Of a DNA stretch of 64,000 bases, positions 1-13,822 are shown piece after piece. The stretch's first letter is position 1. The number at the start of each line of letters is the position of its first letter. Source of the stretch: Massalongia carnosa (taxonomy: Eukaryota); contig OZ287078.1 in NCBI GenBank assembly GCA_965645245.1, positions 1,488,001 to 1,552,000 on the forward strand. Reading direction: 5' to 3'. Below the pieces are notes generated by a model. It was not told where the DNA came from. It saw nothing but the letters and a program-made list of their open reading frames with translations, and searched no databases. A program made the position numbers and the translations under genes.

Positions 1-1300
1 CGTGGCTAGATTATGCTGTTCCCGACTTTACCACGTGATTGTAGATATGAGTGTAGTAACGCTATACCTACTTGTTATACTAATAGTTGAACGGTTTTGA
101 TCCAGCGTCATCTAGTGTACCTATGTAGGTAGTTATGTTGAAGTACAAACACGCAGTGAGCAGAAGTTCCCATTGACAGCACGGGGAATGTCACCTGACC
201 AAGCTAGTCTCAATAAGCGATGCCTGGCATCCAGATATCTTCCTAAAACTACTTCTGCTGCGTCGATATTATGAGAGCGAGCATAATCAAAGTGAAAAAA
301 GGCTAATTTCAGCGCATGATTGCTAAGACCCTTTACGATCCTTAACGACTCCGAGTTTCACTTCTTGTTTGGGGGGTTTTTCTTCTTCCAACATCTGTGC
401 GAACAACATCCCCAATCAGAATCTATTAGCAAAGAAGTAGATAGATACTCCCATTTTAAACGTTTCCGAGATCGGAGAGGAAGAAAGAGCAATATTTACG
501 GGAATATATTTTGTCTTTTAAGAGGTTAGCTACAGTGTCGTGAAGTTATATTGGTGAGAGGGGCTACAAAGGGTTAGGATGTAGAGGGTTACCTGGGCCA
601 AAATGTAAGGGAGGGGGAGTATTGAAAGATTGTTAACCGACTACGAGGAATAAGAACGTGGAATTAAGGAAGGTAATATCAAGAGTATTGAGAACGGGCA
701 ACAAGATAGAGGGGCGAAGGGTGGTTTGTGGAGATGAAGAGCGGATAAGGTTATGTACAGCCCCCCCTCACTGTCTTTGTTGAAAGGAGCATGACATGGA
801 CTTGGGAAAAGAACATGTCGGACTAACGGCAGAGATTATATAACAAGCGAGACAAGCTCATACAAAATTCTCTTCTTGTAAATTTAGGCTTAGAGGATTC
901 ATCATAAATTCATCAATAAATCAATCATCTATTTCACTATCAAGAGATATTCTTCTGACGTAAATATAAATTCACCATAGAGCTCATTGTTATCATACAT
1001 TCAGCTCAACAGAACATTTGGCAAGGCGGCTGTTGAGTGAGACTAACTTGTCAGATCAGTGGTAGCCAGTAAGCCTTTGGTGAGGGTTGGGACATGGGGG
1101 TCCGAATGGACTTGAGGGTGGGTGAAAGAGAGACTGAGTTGGGGGTTGTTGGTAGTTGCAGATAGATGCTTTGTGCCGAAATGCTTCATGTATATAGGTC
1201 TAATATTTTATACCAGAGTTTGGACGCACGCACTCCCCTGTCCCCGGAGCGATTCTCTCAAAACACTGTATGGTACACCTTGCCCCCCATGAAAACACCT

Positions 1301-2071
1301 TCAGGAGCTCCTAGCACGACTATGGAGAATTAGCTTCGGAAATCTCAATTGAGCAACGGAGGGAGCAACGAACCTCTTCGTGCCGCGACGGCGCAATCTC
1401 AGTTTCTTGGATGCGAGGTCGGTGAACAAAAGGTCCTTGCTTCCGGGCACATCGTTAGGGCTCGTGTCGACGGAAGGGGTCACGTCCGGAGCTGTCATGG
1501 GGGTTCCTCCAGAGTTCATGAAGATTCTGATCTTCGGCGCCATATCCAAACTCGCAGCGTCAACGGGGACGATAGTCGCGCCCAATCTGTCTCTTGATGT
1601 CCCGGCCATAACGGAGTTTAGGTATGATGTCAAGTCCCCTTCATCCTCGGCAGGCAAGGATTCTGGCAGTTTGCTCTCTTTCTCTGCGCTCTTCAACTGC
1701 GATGGAGTTTCTTCGCCTGGTTTTATTATTATGTTTTCTGCGCATGTACAGTATTTAATAGATATTTCTCGTTCGCAGAGCGCAACATTCTCCTTTCGTG
1801 GCGAAAAATATTCCTTCTCTCCGTTGCCGTCCTGAAAGTTACACGTATTGGTAGTTTCCTTTCCTGCGGCCGAGTCTGGCTTCTTATTCGAGCACTGACA
1901 AAACACCGCGAGCGTGGGCTGTTTGCAAAGGGGTTGATCTTTAGGATCGCTTCCGTAATACTGCATGCCTAGCCCGTCCTTGAAGTCGCAGGACGAGTAT
2001 ACTTCGCCATCAAATTGCGAAACAACCAGGGTGCAGAGGGGAAGGAGGCTAAGTAGTAAGACGGAGCGCAT
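1301..2071 (-). CDS. Secreted protein (256 aa) with two tandem 4-Cys modules and a low-complexity tail; effector-like, function unknown
   Basis: Single-exon ORF with a hydrophobic N-terminal signal peptide (MRSVLLLSLLPLCTLVVSQ). Two copies of C-x-F-x-DG-x-G...LC...[FY]C-x-C. TATAAAA on the minus strand at 2194-2200. Confidence 0.75.
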   Translation of the reverse strand: MRSVLLLSLLPLCTLVVSQFDGEVYSSCDFKDGLGMQYYGSDPKDQPLCKQPTLAVFCQCSNKKPDSAAGKETTNTCNFQDGNGEKEYFSPRKENVALCEREISIKYCTCAENIIIKPGEETPSQLKSAEKESKLPESLPAEDEGDLTSYLNSVMAGTSRDRLGATIVPVDAASLDMAPKIRIFMNSGGTPMTAPDVTPSVDTSPNDVPGSKDLLFTDLASKKLRLRRRGTKRFVAPSVAQLRFPKLILHSRARSS

Positions 2072-4646
2072 TTTGGATGAATCGAGAACAAATAACCGGC
2101 TAGGGATATTGTACTAATATTTTGAAATAAATGTTGTCAGGTAACTTAGGAGACGATATTGTACGATTTGGTAGACTCAAATGGACATGGAGCTTTTATA
2201 CACGATTGTTGAACTAGTAAACCGTTAATCTCAAGCTGCTTTACTTTCTCGATAGTGGATGTTTTACAGCTTTCCAGGGACTGTTTCACAAGGGCAATAA
2301 AGCTCGCCTTCAGTGAAGTTGAATATTTAGAGGCTTAAAGGTTTGAAGTACGGTTTATGAAGCTAAAATATCTTAAACCCGTGCCTGAGAATGAATCTCG
2401 GAGGGTTTTGTACATTTAGCTCGAAATAGGCGTTGGCCACATTCACGTGGCTATACCAAGCGGAGTAAGTAAATTTGGGGTGTGAAACGCATGACCAATC
2501 ACCCATCTAATGAATGCGGCTCTTGGCTTAAGCGGGCTTTACTTTTGCGTTGATCCCGTCCTCGGATGTGACTTGACCACACGGCCCAACGACCAATCTC
2601 GGTGATATATAGCTTGGAGACATGTTTCAGGCTCCCTAGTCGAGTTCCCGCTTGACGGGATGTTTAGACTGAAAGTGGAACGACCTCGGAGTTGAAAGTT
2701 ACTCATGAGTCCCGACGGACTGGAACGAACAATGTCGTCTTAACTAATCGGTGGATTCGATTGGCTCACAACGGACCAAAGTGTTGATCAAGGAAAATGT
2801 ATTTTAAGTTGAAATACGTCGTTTAAAGTAGACTGAAGCACTAAAACTGCATTGAAACCAAAGGTCAATGGAATACTTGAAAATAATCTGGCTAATCTCA
2901 TCTAGGAAATCGTGAGAAGGTATGGCTTATGGCTGATTTCTTTTCGGCCGAAATCGTTTTTCAAAAACTCGAAAGAATGAGTTAGATGATGATTATGCAT
3001 GATCGAAGTTTTGGAATGGTCAACTTAGCCTGTTCGGAAGACTCAATGCGCCATGTGGACTTTCCTGCAGCTGAGCATGCATGCATATCACGAACAGTAC
3101 TCTGTATGCCTTCGGGATCTCCCATTTTCGACCGGCGCAGGTTTAGATATAAACCCTTCTGCAGCGGCGCCCCGGCTAGAGAATTAGTTACAAGCCACAG
3201 GTCCGAAGCAGTGGAAGTATGCAGTTTCTTCCTTCATACATTGGGCTTTTAGGCGGTGCCCGAGCCGATGAGGATGGTTATGACTATCTTAAAGAATACA
3301 CTTAAAGCTGCGCCGAATCCATAGGTCTCTTTTCCATACTTGTTTGGCAACAAAGATCTAAATTCTAGTAGCGTGGAGATATTTAATGATATGATTTGAC
3401 AGACTTCCTGGAAGAAGCGAACGTGATGGGCGCGCAGAGATATGCATTAGGTGATTGCTTGCACTCATATCTGAAGGCTTGGCTTTAGGCAACGGATATT
3501 AGCAAATCATTGCTCGAAAGTTTCTGCAGTTCCAAGTAAGTATAGAAGCATCAATACGTCGTGTTGAATACGTACATACTCCAAATGGTAGGACAAGTTT
3601 GCTCAGCTGAGCACGTGACTTGATGATTGAAATTTGAAAACCAGCCCCCATCTCCATCTCACACGGCCGATGACGAAACAGGCTGCAAGCCGCCTAGGAG
3701 GTTTCATGGCAGCAGACGCGCTGGGATTCCTGCGTTTCAACCATTGTCTCGAGGACGCTGGTCTGACGAATGGTTGTATATCTTGTACGGAGTAGCAGGT
3801 ACCATTTGACTGCGAGTCGAGACTCGCGGCTCGTCATGGGAAGTTGTGCACAGGGCTTTTAGAACTTCAAACCGATCAACCAAGTCTTCCCGGTAAAGGG
3901 CCAAGGACCAGCGAAATTATTAATGCTCTATCGTTGAATTGGGTCTACGACTTAAATGGAGCGTGGCTGGGGTTGCCGTACGTACAACTGTCCTCGAAGC
4001 TAGAGGAAGCGCGAGCGAAGTGTTTCCTAAAGTTCGACGGCACGATCTCTGGATGATCTGTGCTCTTTGTTTACCTACGGGCGGTCCCTTCTCCCGACCA
4101 GCACACGGGCTCGGCAGGCAATGTTCCATTAACAAGCGAGTCTACTTTGGCTCGATTTTCCTACTATTTTCATGAAGATAGAATCATGGGCGAGGACGCA
4201 TTAACAGGATCGGTCGGCAAGCACGAAGGCATAAACTTTCAAGTATTCGGGTATGATTTTCTCAATGATCTATCAAGGATAAGACCATTCCGTACTCACC
4301 TTACCGGTATGGTTTGCGAACTTGAGCCCCTGAGAGAAGATTACATCTTCAAGTGAGTCTAGCAAGTTTTACGAGCGACGGGGTTTCAGCTAAGAGTCAT
4401 GGAATCTTCCTAGGTCCCGCGCGTTAGCACATCGTTGTTCTTGAACTCGACGACCTTGCCTCTGTCTGGCCGAGGCTTTGTGTCAAGGCATATTTTTGCT
4501 TTTTAACATTCGCTTGGTACAGGCGGCTAGGCTGGTAGGATATCAAAAATGGAGGACTTTGGTAAATGGGTATGTTTAGATACCGTTGCTGTTATTCGTA
4601 GACACATTGGAAGTTCACATCTATTTCTCTATTCTTTCACTCCGGT

Positions 4647-6714
4647 ATGTGGATCTTGAGCTTCTTTACGTCTGCAATCGCCCTTGTGGCAGGCGGTGCA
4701 AACGCTTTCTACATTCCAAGGCTAGAAGGATCCCTGACCGAGGTTGGAGCACCTTTCAAAGAACATTATATAATGCGATCAAGAGATCTGTTAACTCGAA
4801 GGGTTTCACCCCGGAAAAATTCAGCGCCAGGTCCGTTGGGCCAAACACTCAAAAACTGGGTATGTATTTTTTCTAGACATATTCTGATGGTCTCTCACTT
4901 ACGTGTTTCAGGGAGGAGCATATGGAATCGAGATGACAGTAGGCAGCAGGACCATTCAACTTGTAGTAGATACAGGAAGCAGCGACACCATTATTCTTAC
5001 GGATAAATTCCACTCCTGTCATCGAGCAAGGGGATACTGCGTCAAATTCGGCACCATTGCTAGCTGGAATAGGTTGAATCCATCGCAAAGATTCACTACA
5101 AATTTTGGCTCTAGTAGGGCAGCAGCAGGAGAGATAGTCTCTACAACGTTCACGTTCAGTAGCCACACGATTGAGAACGTTCAATTTGGTGTTCCCGACT
5201 CTCTTCCCAGCCTTGATCATAATGTGCTGGGCCTTGGTTATCCAGCGAAGGAGACGGTTGAAGGCAGCCAATACCCGAACTTTCCCCAAGCTATCAAGAA
5301 TCAGGGGCTCATCAAAACAGCAGCCTACAGCCTCTGGCTCAACAGTGCCAGTGCCCAAGCAGGATCTATTCTGTTTGGTGGGATTGACAAGTCCAAATTC
5401 ATAGGAAAACTCACAACTTTCAAGGTCAGAGCCACAAACAGCCAGTATTTAGATTTTCTCTTCTCAATAAAAGGGGTTTCCTTTGCGGGGAAGCACATCC
5501 CGGGAAGTTTTAGTGCTGTACTCGACTCGGGTTACACTGGCAGCTCCTTCCCTTTCAGTCTCGCCAGCGGCATCTGGGCTGCAGCAGGCATCCGTGCCGA
5601 TCAAATTGACCAGAACACTGGGTTTCCTGTAGTGGATTGCGATTTTGGCAACTCGTTCAGCGTCCCCTTTTTGGAGTACAACTTCGGTTCTGCTAAACTC
5701 CGGGTTCCCGTTTCAGAACTCCTTGTAAGAGGCGCACCAGGGCAATGCTGGCTTGGCATAGCTGCTACTAAAGCCGATGAGAACATGCCACTTCTCGGCC
5801 TGACATTTCTGCGAAGCATATACGCCGTCTTCGACCTCTATAATAACGAGATTTCTCTTGCGCAGGCCAATTTCCATCCGGGAAGCAGCCGCATTGTGGA
5901 GCTAGCTACGGACGGAATAACAGCTCTTAAACTGGCAGAGGAGGAGGACGGAGAAACGCTAGATGCATCAAACACGGACTCTACGAATGAACCGGCTTTA
6001 ACCGCAGGCTTGGAATCCTCCGACATAGCCAACGTCGAAAATCCTGATATTTCGACCTTCGACGAAGGTGGGAGCTCACTGAGCCCGCAAGCCTCAGGCG
6101 ATAACTTGTTGTTTCAAGGTTCTACAGACGCCACACCGTTCAATCAAAACCCAAGCACCACCCTTCAAGAAAGGCCCATAGGTTCCGACAGTGCAGGAAC
6201 AAATAGCCAAGGAACTGTGAGCCTGGCCAGCGCTTTCTCCCCTAACTCCAACACCGAAGAAATCGGACAGGCAAACATTGGTCTCCCCTCAGGAGGACCA
6301 ACCTTAGGGTCCACCGATTCAAAAACAAATCTAGGCAGCGTTCCAGCTTCCAAATCCGAGGGATCTGAACAGGCCAACCTAGGCTTATTCTCATTCTCCA
6401 AACCAGAGTCCGTGGCGCAGGTTGGGAATGAGAATCCGGATGGGCAGAGTGTCACACTCGCAAGTACTCTATATCTAACCCAGGACAAGACGAACGAGGA
6501 TATAACACGGGCCGGCGAGAGCAACGGCTTCAACCCTCAAAACTTGCAAGCCTTTAAAGCCCCGACCTTTCAAGTACCAGGGGAAGCTGCGGTAGCGAGT
6601 AACTCCGAATCTACATCACCAGGCTCTATTACGGGGAAGGGAGATTGGAGAATTGGAAGCGAAGGTTTAGCTTTTAATTCCGACGAAGCTAGCATTTTAA
6701 GTCTGGAGGCGTAG
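4647..6714 (+). CDS. Secreted pepsin-family (A1) aspartic protease, yapsin-like, with a long acidic Ser/Thr/Asn-rich C-terminal tail
   Basis: Signal peptide MWILSFFTSAIALVAGGANA. Intron 4860-4911 (GTATGT...CAG) joins QTLKNW to GGAYGIEMTVG in frame. Catalytic motifs VVDTGSS and VLDSGYT; family motifs AYSLWLN, GSILFGGIDKSKF, LLGLTFLRSIYAVFDL. Confidence 0.92.
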
Positions 6715-7169
6715 GTGCTAGATTTGAAAATTGTGAATCCTATCGTTAGGTTCCGTGTATATATATAGGGTGTAGGTGCTGTAGATCTCTCGGTATGGGG
6801 GGCGTTTGTATTTTAGCTCCAGGCATTCACTTTTGGAAAGGAAAAGAGAAAATGCTTTTGTACATAGTTATGGGTTGTCCCGTTCCGATTCGATGTAGAT
6901 GGGAGATTGATTGTTGGGAGATAACCATTGAGTGGCAGAAGTGATAGGTACTATACCTATTGAGGCTTTCGGTGTCGATGTTAAGTTGTAGACGAATACG
7001 CCGTCACCCACACCTTCCTTTTTGCAACTTTGACTGAACTAGAAGGAAACGGGCACAGCTGAATCACTTCTGCTTGCGGTGCATGATGAGACATAGACGA
7101 TGACAGCAAAGGTCCTGCGTCTTCTACTACGTTACTTCGTGGGCTACTCTGTATAGCATCATCGAGATC

Positions 7170-8910
7170 ATGGCTTCGGCCGATGCCTTCCCCACATCCA
7201 TCTCATCGCTCTATCTTCCAACCGCCTTGACTTCGCTCTCTCATACACTCGCCTCCATCCACCAAGCAACACACTCGACCCTCAACCGGCTGGCGTCCAT
7301 TAAGCATGACAGCATTTTCGTCGAGACGATTGGGTCCAGGCTCAATCTACCACTAGTCGCCAACGAAAGATGTGGGAGCTGGTATATACCTCCAGCGCGC
7401 AAAGCCAGCAGTGCCTATTTCAAGAGCACAGATGGGCATTACGGAGAATGGCTGTTCAGCAAGCGGAGATTGAACTTGCAGGTGTTGAAAGTTGTTGGGG
7501 AGCATAACGGGTATGAAATGTGATGCTGGAGCTTTGGCTGTGAGGACGCGTCAGGAATCGGGAGGCTAATCCGAGAACAAGGAAAGATGTATAATTGTGG
7601 ACTCGACACGACGAGGGAAAAGCATGCCAGATGCCCTGGCAAAGACCGTACCGATCTGGTGCGCCGTCCTCAATAAACTGCTGTTTGCGGATCTCCCGGC
7701 CGTGCAAGATTTACACACCCCAATCGATTTGGTGGGAGTGTCGGAGCACGCTCAGATAAAAGCCAAAATGGAAGGCTTCCTCTGTGACGCAAAGGTGTCT
7801 CATCTTTTACTTTCACACGAAGAAGCCAGGCTCAAGGGAAACAGGCCTTACAATTAAACCTTCCCTCCTTACGCGGTCTTGTGAGCAAACCACTCCGTCC
7901 ATTCTGGATCACCCCAACATCGGATTTATCTAGCCTCCCTGCTTGGAACAGCGACTTGGATTTCCACCCCGTAGTGTGCTGTACGGCTTCTCGAAGAGTA
8001 TTAGGCTCCGACGCTGCCGATAACAGCTACGTTCAAGGCGCCGGCGATGACAGCGAGAGCTGGGCGCACGGGTTGACTCCGCCCATTTTCTGGCGCCATC
8101 AACAGCTACTTCTGCGCACCGCGGAAGAAGAGCTTCCCGACTTAATCAATGATCTCATGATGACAGATCTGCACAACAGCACCAGAAACGAAAACATGAC
8201 TCCAATATCGCCTCTAAATACCATCTACCTCGCCTCCCTCCCAGCAGCAACCCACGCCAACGGTTTCGACGCAGCGATACTCTGCACCACCACCACCCCT
8301 CCCGCCCTCGTTGAGAATCCAGAACTGTCCGAGCCTCCCTCGAACCACCTCCATCTCCACTGCAGCCCAGGAAAACTCGGAAGCCGAGCCCTCCGCACCG
8401 AACTCGCCCGCCTCACCCCTTTTCTCGCCACTCGTCTTCCCCTGGCCCGCCGCTCACCTCCTAGGATCCTCTTCGCCTGCGCGACGGGCAGGGATCTCGC
8501 AGTTGGCGTGGCGCTGGTGGTGTTATGCCTGTTCTTCACCGATGATCGTCAGTTGTCTTTTTCTCTCCTCTAGTTTCCCCCCCACCTCCATTCTTAAATC
8601 TCCCGCTCCTCGTCTTCCCTTTCCAGCCCCTAACCAAACCAACCAACCAACCAAACCCCCCGCAAACTGACCAAAAGCAGACACTTTCCAACCCCCGTCT
8701 CCCTCCCCCAGTGGTAGCAGCAACAGCACCAGCAACATCGGAATCAGCACCAGCACCAGCAGCGCCGCCGCCTCCGTCGACCCCCCCATCACCAAATCTC
8801 TCATCCGCCAGCGTCTCGCATGGATCACGAGCGCGGTTCCCGACGCGAACCCGTCGCGCTCAACGCTGCAGGCAGTGAACTCTTTCCTGATAGTGCGGCC
8901 TGGAGGGTGA
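7170..8910 (+). CDS. RIT1: Initiator tRNA phosphoribosyl transferase (tRNA A64-2'-O-ribosylphosphate transferase)
   Basis: Motifs ANERCGSWY, YFKSTDGH, DSTRRGKSMPDALAKTVPIWCAVLN, YVQGAGDDSESW, CATGRDLAVGVAL, NPSRSTLQAVNSFL. About 3 introns; stop TGA at 8908-8910. Confidence 0.93.
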
Positions 8911-9263
8911 ATTTTCGGAGGTCGGGTGGTGGCTTTTACGCAAAAAGCTTTTGTGATCAGATTAGTTAAGATCCATTGATTCTCTATACAACGTGTACAG
9001 GCGGCATTTCTATCTATTGAGGTTCTTTTTTAATTCGTTTGCCCCCCCCCCCCCCAAAAAAGAACCGAGATGAAGTCCTTCTTTTCTTCCCCCTTCTAGA
9101 ACCCCCCTTCCCTCCACTCCCAAATCCAAAAAAAAACATTTTCGCTCCAAGGAAAAGGTATCATAAACCTGCTATCGTTCCCCTCCAACTCGCCATCAAG
9201 TTCCTCCACCTCATTTAATCATCATTCTACTTATTCAAGGATGAAACGCCCGCCCCTTACCCT

Positions 9264-12200
9264 TCATCCCCCATCCCTTTCCCTCTCCCTCCCCTTAGCC
9301 CCCATCTCCCCCTCCAACCACGCCCAAATCCTCTCAACCAACACCCCATCCACAGCCCGCACATCCCCCATCCGAGGCGCCCACCTCCTTGTCTCCTCCA
9401 TCGCGAACCTCGCCCCCTCCTCTCCCCCATCCCCAATCTCCTCGCCATCATCCCCCTCGTCGCAGCAGTACGCCGCGCGCCACAGCTCCAGCAGCTTCCG
9501 CGCAGGGTGCTTGGCCGCGTCTCCTGTCAAGCGTTCAAGCCGCTGCACCCACGTCTTCGGGTCCACGATGTCGAAGCTGCGGGAGGAGAGCCGGGCGATC
9601 CAGCCCAGGAGATCGGACCATGCGACCGTACGGTCAGGGTTGACGAGATGTAGCACCGGAATCGTTGTCGCTTCAATATCGTCCTCGAGGCGGAAAAGCG
9701 GGGACAGGGCTATCTCAAGCACAGCGGCCGCACACACGTTGACGGGCAACCAGGCAAGTTTCTCGTGCTCTAGCCGAGGTAGCGAATGCGTGACGCTGAT
9801 GCTCGAGAGCATTAACGGCCACGCCTCGGACATGTTCCAGATACCAAGCTCCGTATCGCCGCACAGCTGACCGATGCGCAAGACAGCGATGCGGCCGCGC
9901 AGCCGGGTGGTGGTGTGGGCGCGCTCGCAGATCTGTTCGGCGACCCACTTGGAGCGGGAATAGCCAAGGACAGAAGCGGAGGTGGGGTCGTGTGAGATAC
10001 GTTCGGGGATTGGTTTCAAGGGGGGGCTGTGACCCAGAACGGTGGCGACGGAGGAGCAGAAGAGGAAGCGGGGCGGGAGGGGGTTAGGAGACTGGATCGC
10101 TAGCGAGAGAAGGTGGGCGAGACCAGCGATGTGCTCTTTTTCGAAGCTTGGAAGGCGCAGCTTGAAGTTCACAGCCCATGCCGAGTGGATGATGAGAGTT
10201 GTATTTTTGACTAGAAGGGCGTAGTCGTTGGGAGAGAGGCCAAGTCGGGGATCTGAGAATTTGGTGGGGAGACAGATGATTTTTTCTAGGGCCCTGAGAG
10301 CGGGGTGGCAGCGATGAGTGAGGGATTTGTTGATGCGGGCGCGAGCGGCTATGCGAGATGAGGCGCGAACAAGGCAAATAATGGGGTTGAACGAGGAACG
10401 GAGGAGGTTAAGAATGTGGGCGCCAAGAGCGCCGGTGGCTCCCGTGAGAATCTTGAGATAGATGAGATGTGGCCATTTAAAGGGAAGGGGGTGGTACCTA
10501 CTGTGAGGCTTTCGTCCAAAGGTATGGCATTCTGATCCGTGGGGATTTTGCGCTCCTCAGTCTTCCCTTCGATTTTGGTGAAAGAGCTATATTTTTCCGC
10601 GAGGACTCGCATAAGCTGGATTTCGTCGTCTTCTTGATTTGCTTGGCCTTTTCGGATATTGAGGATATATTGAGACAGCCTGGGAAAACCCTTAGTAGAA
10701 ATCATTAAAAATACCGATATGGCGAACTACCTTTTGATACTGCCACAGTCGTATACAACATTCAGAGGTAACTCTGCTGCATCGAACGAAAGCAGCTTCT
10801 TAGTAAGTTAGGAGCAACTAACATAACGAAATGAGATGAGAGTTTACCTTTTGAAGCAAATTTCTGATTTGCAAGCATGCCACAGAATCCAGACCGAGAG
10901 TGAACAGATCAGCATCTTCAGGAATGGTGTCCGGAGCTCCTAAGACCGTCTTAATATACCCCAAAATCGTAGTAGGAACCTCGTGATCGGAAACGTGGGA
11001 TGTCCGTTGATCAGGATCAAGCTCAAGGCCAACTCGATATGCTCGGTTGATCTCCGCTTCAAACTTCTTCTCAGCCTGCCGTCGAAGTACTGTGCCCTTA
11101 CTGCTTTTTTCTAGGCGAGGGCAGTCGAATGACATTATTACTAGCATGGACCTTGACAGTTCGGTATGTTTTTGGCTCTCGCTATTCAACTTATCGATCA
11201 GTGGCCACAGCTCGTCGAGGAGCTGGGCGGTGGGCGCACCCGCCGAGACCTTTGATCTGAATAGTAATGCGCCAGGATACTGCTTTCCGTTTCCGAATAT
11301 CAAGACATCGTTCAGCAGAGGGGATGTAGCGATCGCGTCTTCGAAAGGCGCAGGATCAAATTTCTTCCCGGTGCCCAATGTCAACTGCGAGTCTGCTCGG
11401 GAGTGATACTTCCATGCATTTGGAGTAGTAGGGTGGGGTTCGAAAAGGTCGGCCGTGGCAAAGGATCCATCGCCTCGATTTCTTTTGCCCACGTGCGGCC
11501 AATTAGGGAGAATGACAAGCTCCGCCAGCCCACAAGCTTGAGGTTCAAAACTCAAAGACTCGCAGGCACGACATCGGAGGTACTGCCATTCTTTATCGTG
11601 GTCGTAATCTCGGTGCGAAGACATCAAGAAACCACATTCCGTTGTGCCGAATCGCGACAAGAGTTTCACTCCCTTCTTCACGAGTTCATCGCCAGCGATT
11701 GGAGGTAGTGCGGCGCCTCCGACACCCACAAGGTCCATCCGTTGGAGCGCTCTGAGGCCATCTCTATCTGCGGCTACCATCTGAAGGACGTACGGCACAG
11801 AGGAGAAATACTTGACCGATGCTGCCGCATGTATACTGGTCGCTTTCACCGCACATTTGAGACAGCTTAAGACGTTTGAGGCCGTAATTGGTACCTCCTT
11901 TCCCGGAAATAGCCAGATCAAAGCACCGCTCGTCCAGGCTCGAAAGCAATCGGCTACGCCCGCATGATACAGCGGTGTCGTGGTAAATGTAGCTTCATTC
12001 CGGCCGTCGAGGACTGGAAGCACTCCTACAGCGGCGCGGTGCGATTGCGGGATTGGCTTTGGGAGGCCGGTGGACGTGCCGGACGTATGATGCAGATACG
12101 CCACGTCGGTTTCCGTGACCGAAAGGTATGGCCGAACTTCTCTGTCATCGCCCAGTTGAGGGCCCACTGCACCCGATTCGGAGCTGCTAATGTTCTCCTC

Positions 12201-12848
12201 TTGTAGGCACATCAACGCTAAAGGAGAGGCAAGATGTGGATCACTAGCTGATGCGATGGCGAGGCTCCGACAGACCTCGTCGTAAAACAGAATCGAAACC
12301 GCACACGTCTCGCACAGGTGAGCCACGGCTGATGGCTGACTTTCTGGCCTGTGGACTTGGAGTTCGCATCAGCGTCCTCCCAAATGAAGCATTCGGGCCA
12401 ACCCACGCGATCAGCAAGACGGAGAACCCTAGCCTTATCAATCCCAGCCATGTGAATAGAAAATCTGGCGAGCTCGGGCACAACAACGCTACCGTCCGAC
12501 CTGTTGCTTCACGGCCCTGGTGATGGGCGACTTTCTCGATTGACTCTGCCAGGGCTTTTGCGAAGGCTATGGACCACTGGCGTAGATCCTCGAAGGCTAC
12601 CACTTGGATCAGCTCCACAGTTGCCCCGTGTTCTCGACCCACGCACTGAAGATATTGTCACCCCATTCCTCGGCTCTTTCGCGGTCTCGCACAGGAACTG
12701 GAAACGCTACCGCTGGGCGGTTTGGAGCTTCCTCCGCCTGTATATCGACCAAACTGTTGACCGTCTGAAAACGACGAGGAGGATGATTTCCCACGTTCCT
12801 GGCAGCGGCCTCACCAAGCGTGCAGACGAAATAGTTGGTGGTCACCAT
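9264..12848 (-). CDS. NRPS-like adenylation-thiolation-reductase (A-T-R) enzyme, carboxylic acid reductase type
   Basis: Start MVTTNYFVCTLGEAA at 12848. A-domain motifs YLHHTSGTSTGLPKP, SRFGTTECG, TADLF, SRADS. Phosphopantetheine site LGLDSV. After an intron, Rossmann motif ILTGATGSLG and SDR catalytic motif GYSRSKW. Several introns. Confidence 0.9.
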
Positions 12849-13822
12849 GATAACAACCACCGTCCCGATTTGTCTGCATTCGTGTCAACGACAGTAGGTT
12901 CACTTTCAATAAAGAATGTTCATGGAAGGAGGGGAAAGAGAGAGGGGTGGCATGCAACACGTTATGCATGCATTGACAGGTGCATAACTAGTTCCCTGCA
13001 TCTTCAACGGCTATCTCGGTTTACCGAGTAAGTATTACAGTTGCCCCATCGATATGATGATGACTCAGAAATGACTAAGCAGTAAGCGACGAAGAAATGA
13101 TGACGAAATAAGGACATGACGACATCATGAGGAAATCTCGGTGTTCGGCCTGTAGCCATTGTCCTTTGCCACCAAACCCCATTCGACTGACCGGACTTTT
13201 CAGATTACCCGAGGAGCCGAACAGCCGGTCTATTCTTGTGGACGTTAGCCCGAACAGTGAGGCGGCCCGCAACTCCACGGATCGAGACTTTACTCGAAAC
13301 GAGCTAGATGCTCCACACATCCGCCCGATTAGGGCAAGCCGCTTAGGGCGTTGGCAAGATGCTCTCGGCATCTCGGACTTTGGGACGTTGACGTGAGTGG
13401 GATCGAGAAGAGGGTGGGAGATAAGGGTTGCAAGGGATGGGAAAGGGAAAGGAAAGGTTTCTTTTTGTCTTTATCATCATAATCATCTATTCTCCCTCTT
13501 CTCCCTCTTTTCTCTACTCGCTACTCTGACACTTGCACACCAACCAAACCATTCGTCAAACAATCATCGACTAAACATTTCGGACGTCCGGAATCCTCTT
13601 GCGCCGTCGTACAAGCAACAGGTCCCATGGCCTCGCGGAAGTATTACTGACTGCTTGCGGCGGATGTGAACGGAAACATTTCATGCTTAATAACGCCATC
13701 CGTTCGTGGTAGACTCAATTCCCGAACGCCCTCATCTGGCCGTTATCTCGAGTACGTGGTCTGCCACTTCCACAAATAGCGTTCGAAGGGAATATCAAAG
13801 TCTCGCAACCTCATCGATCAAT

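Noticed and set aside
1..1250. Possible transposon relic at the window start
   Set aside because: No terminal repeats or transposase/reverse-transcriptase motifs could be identified.
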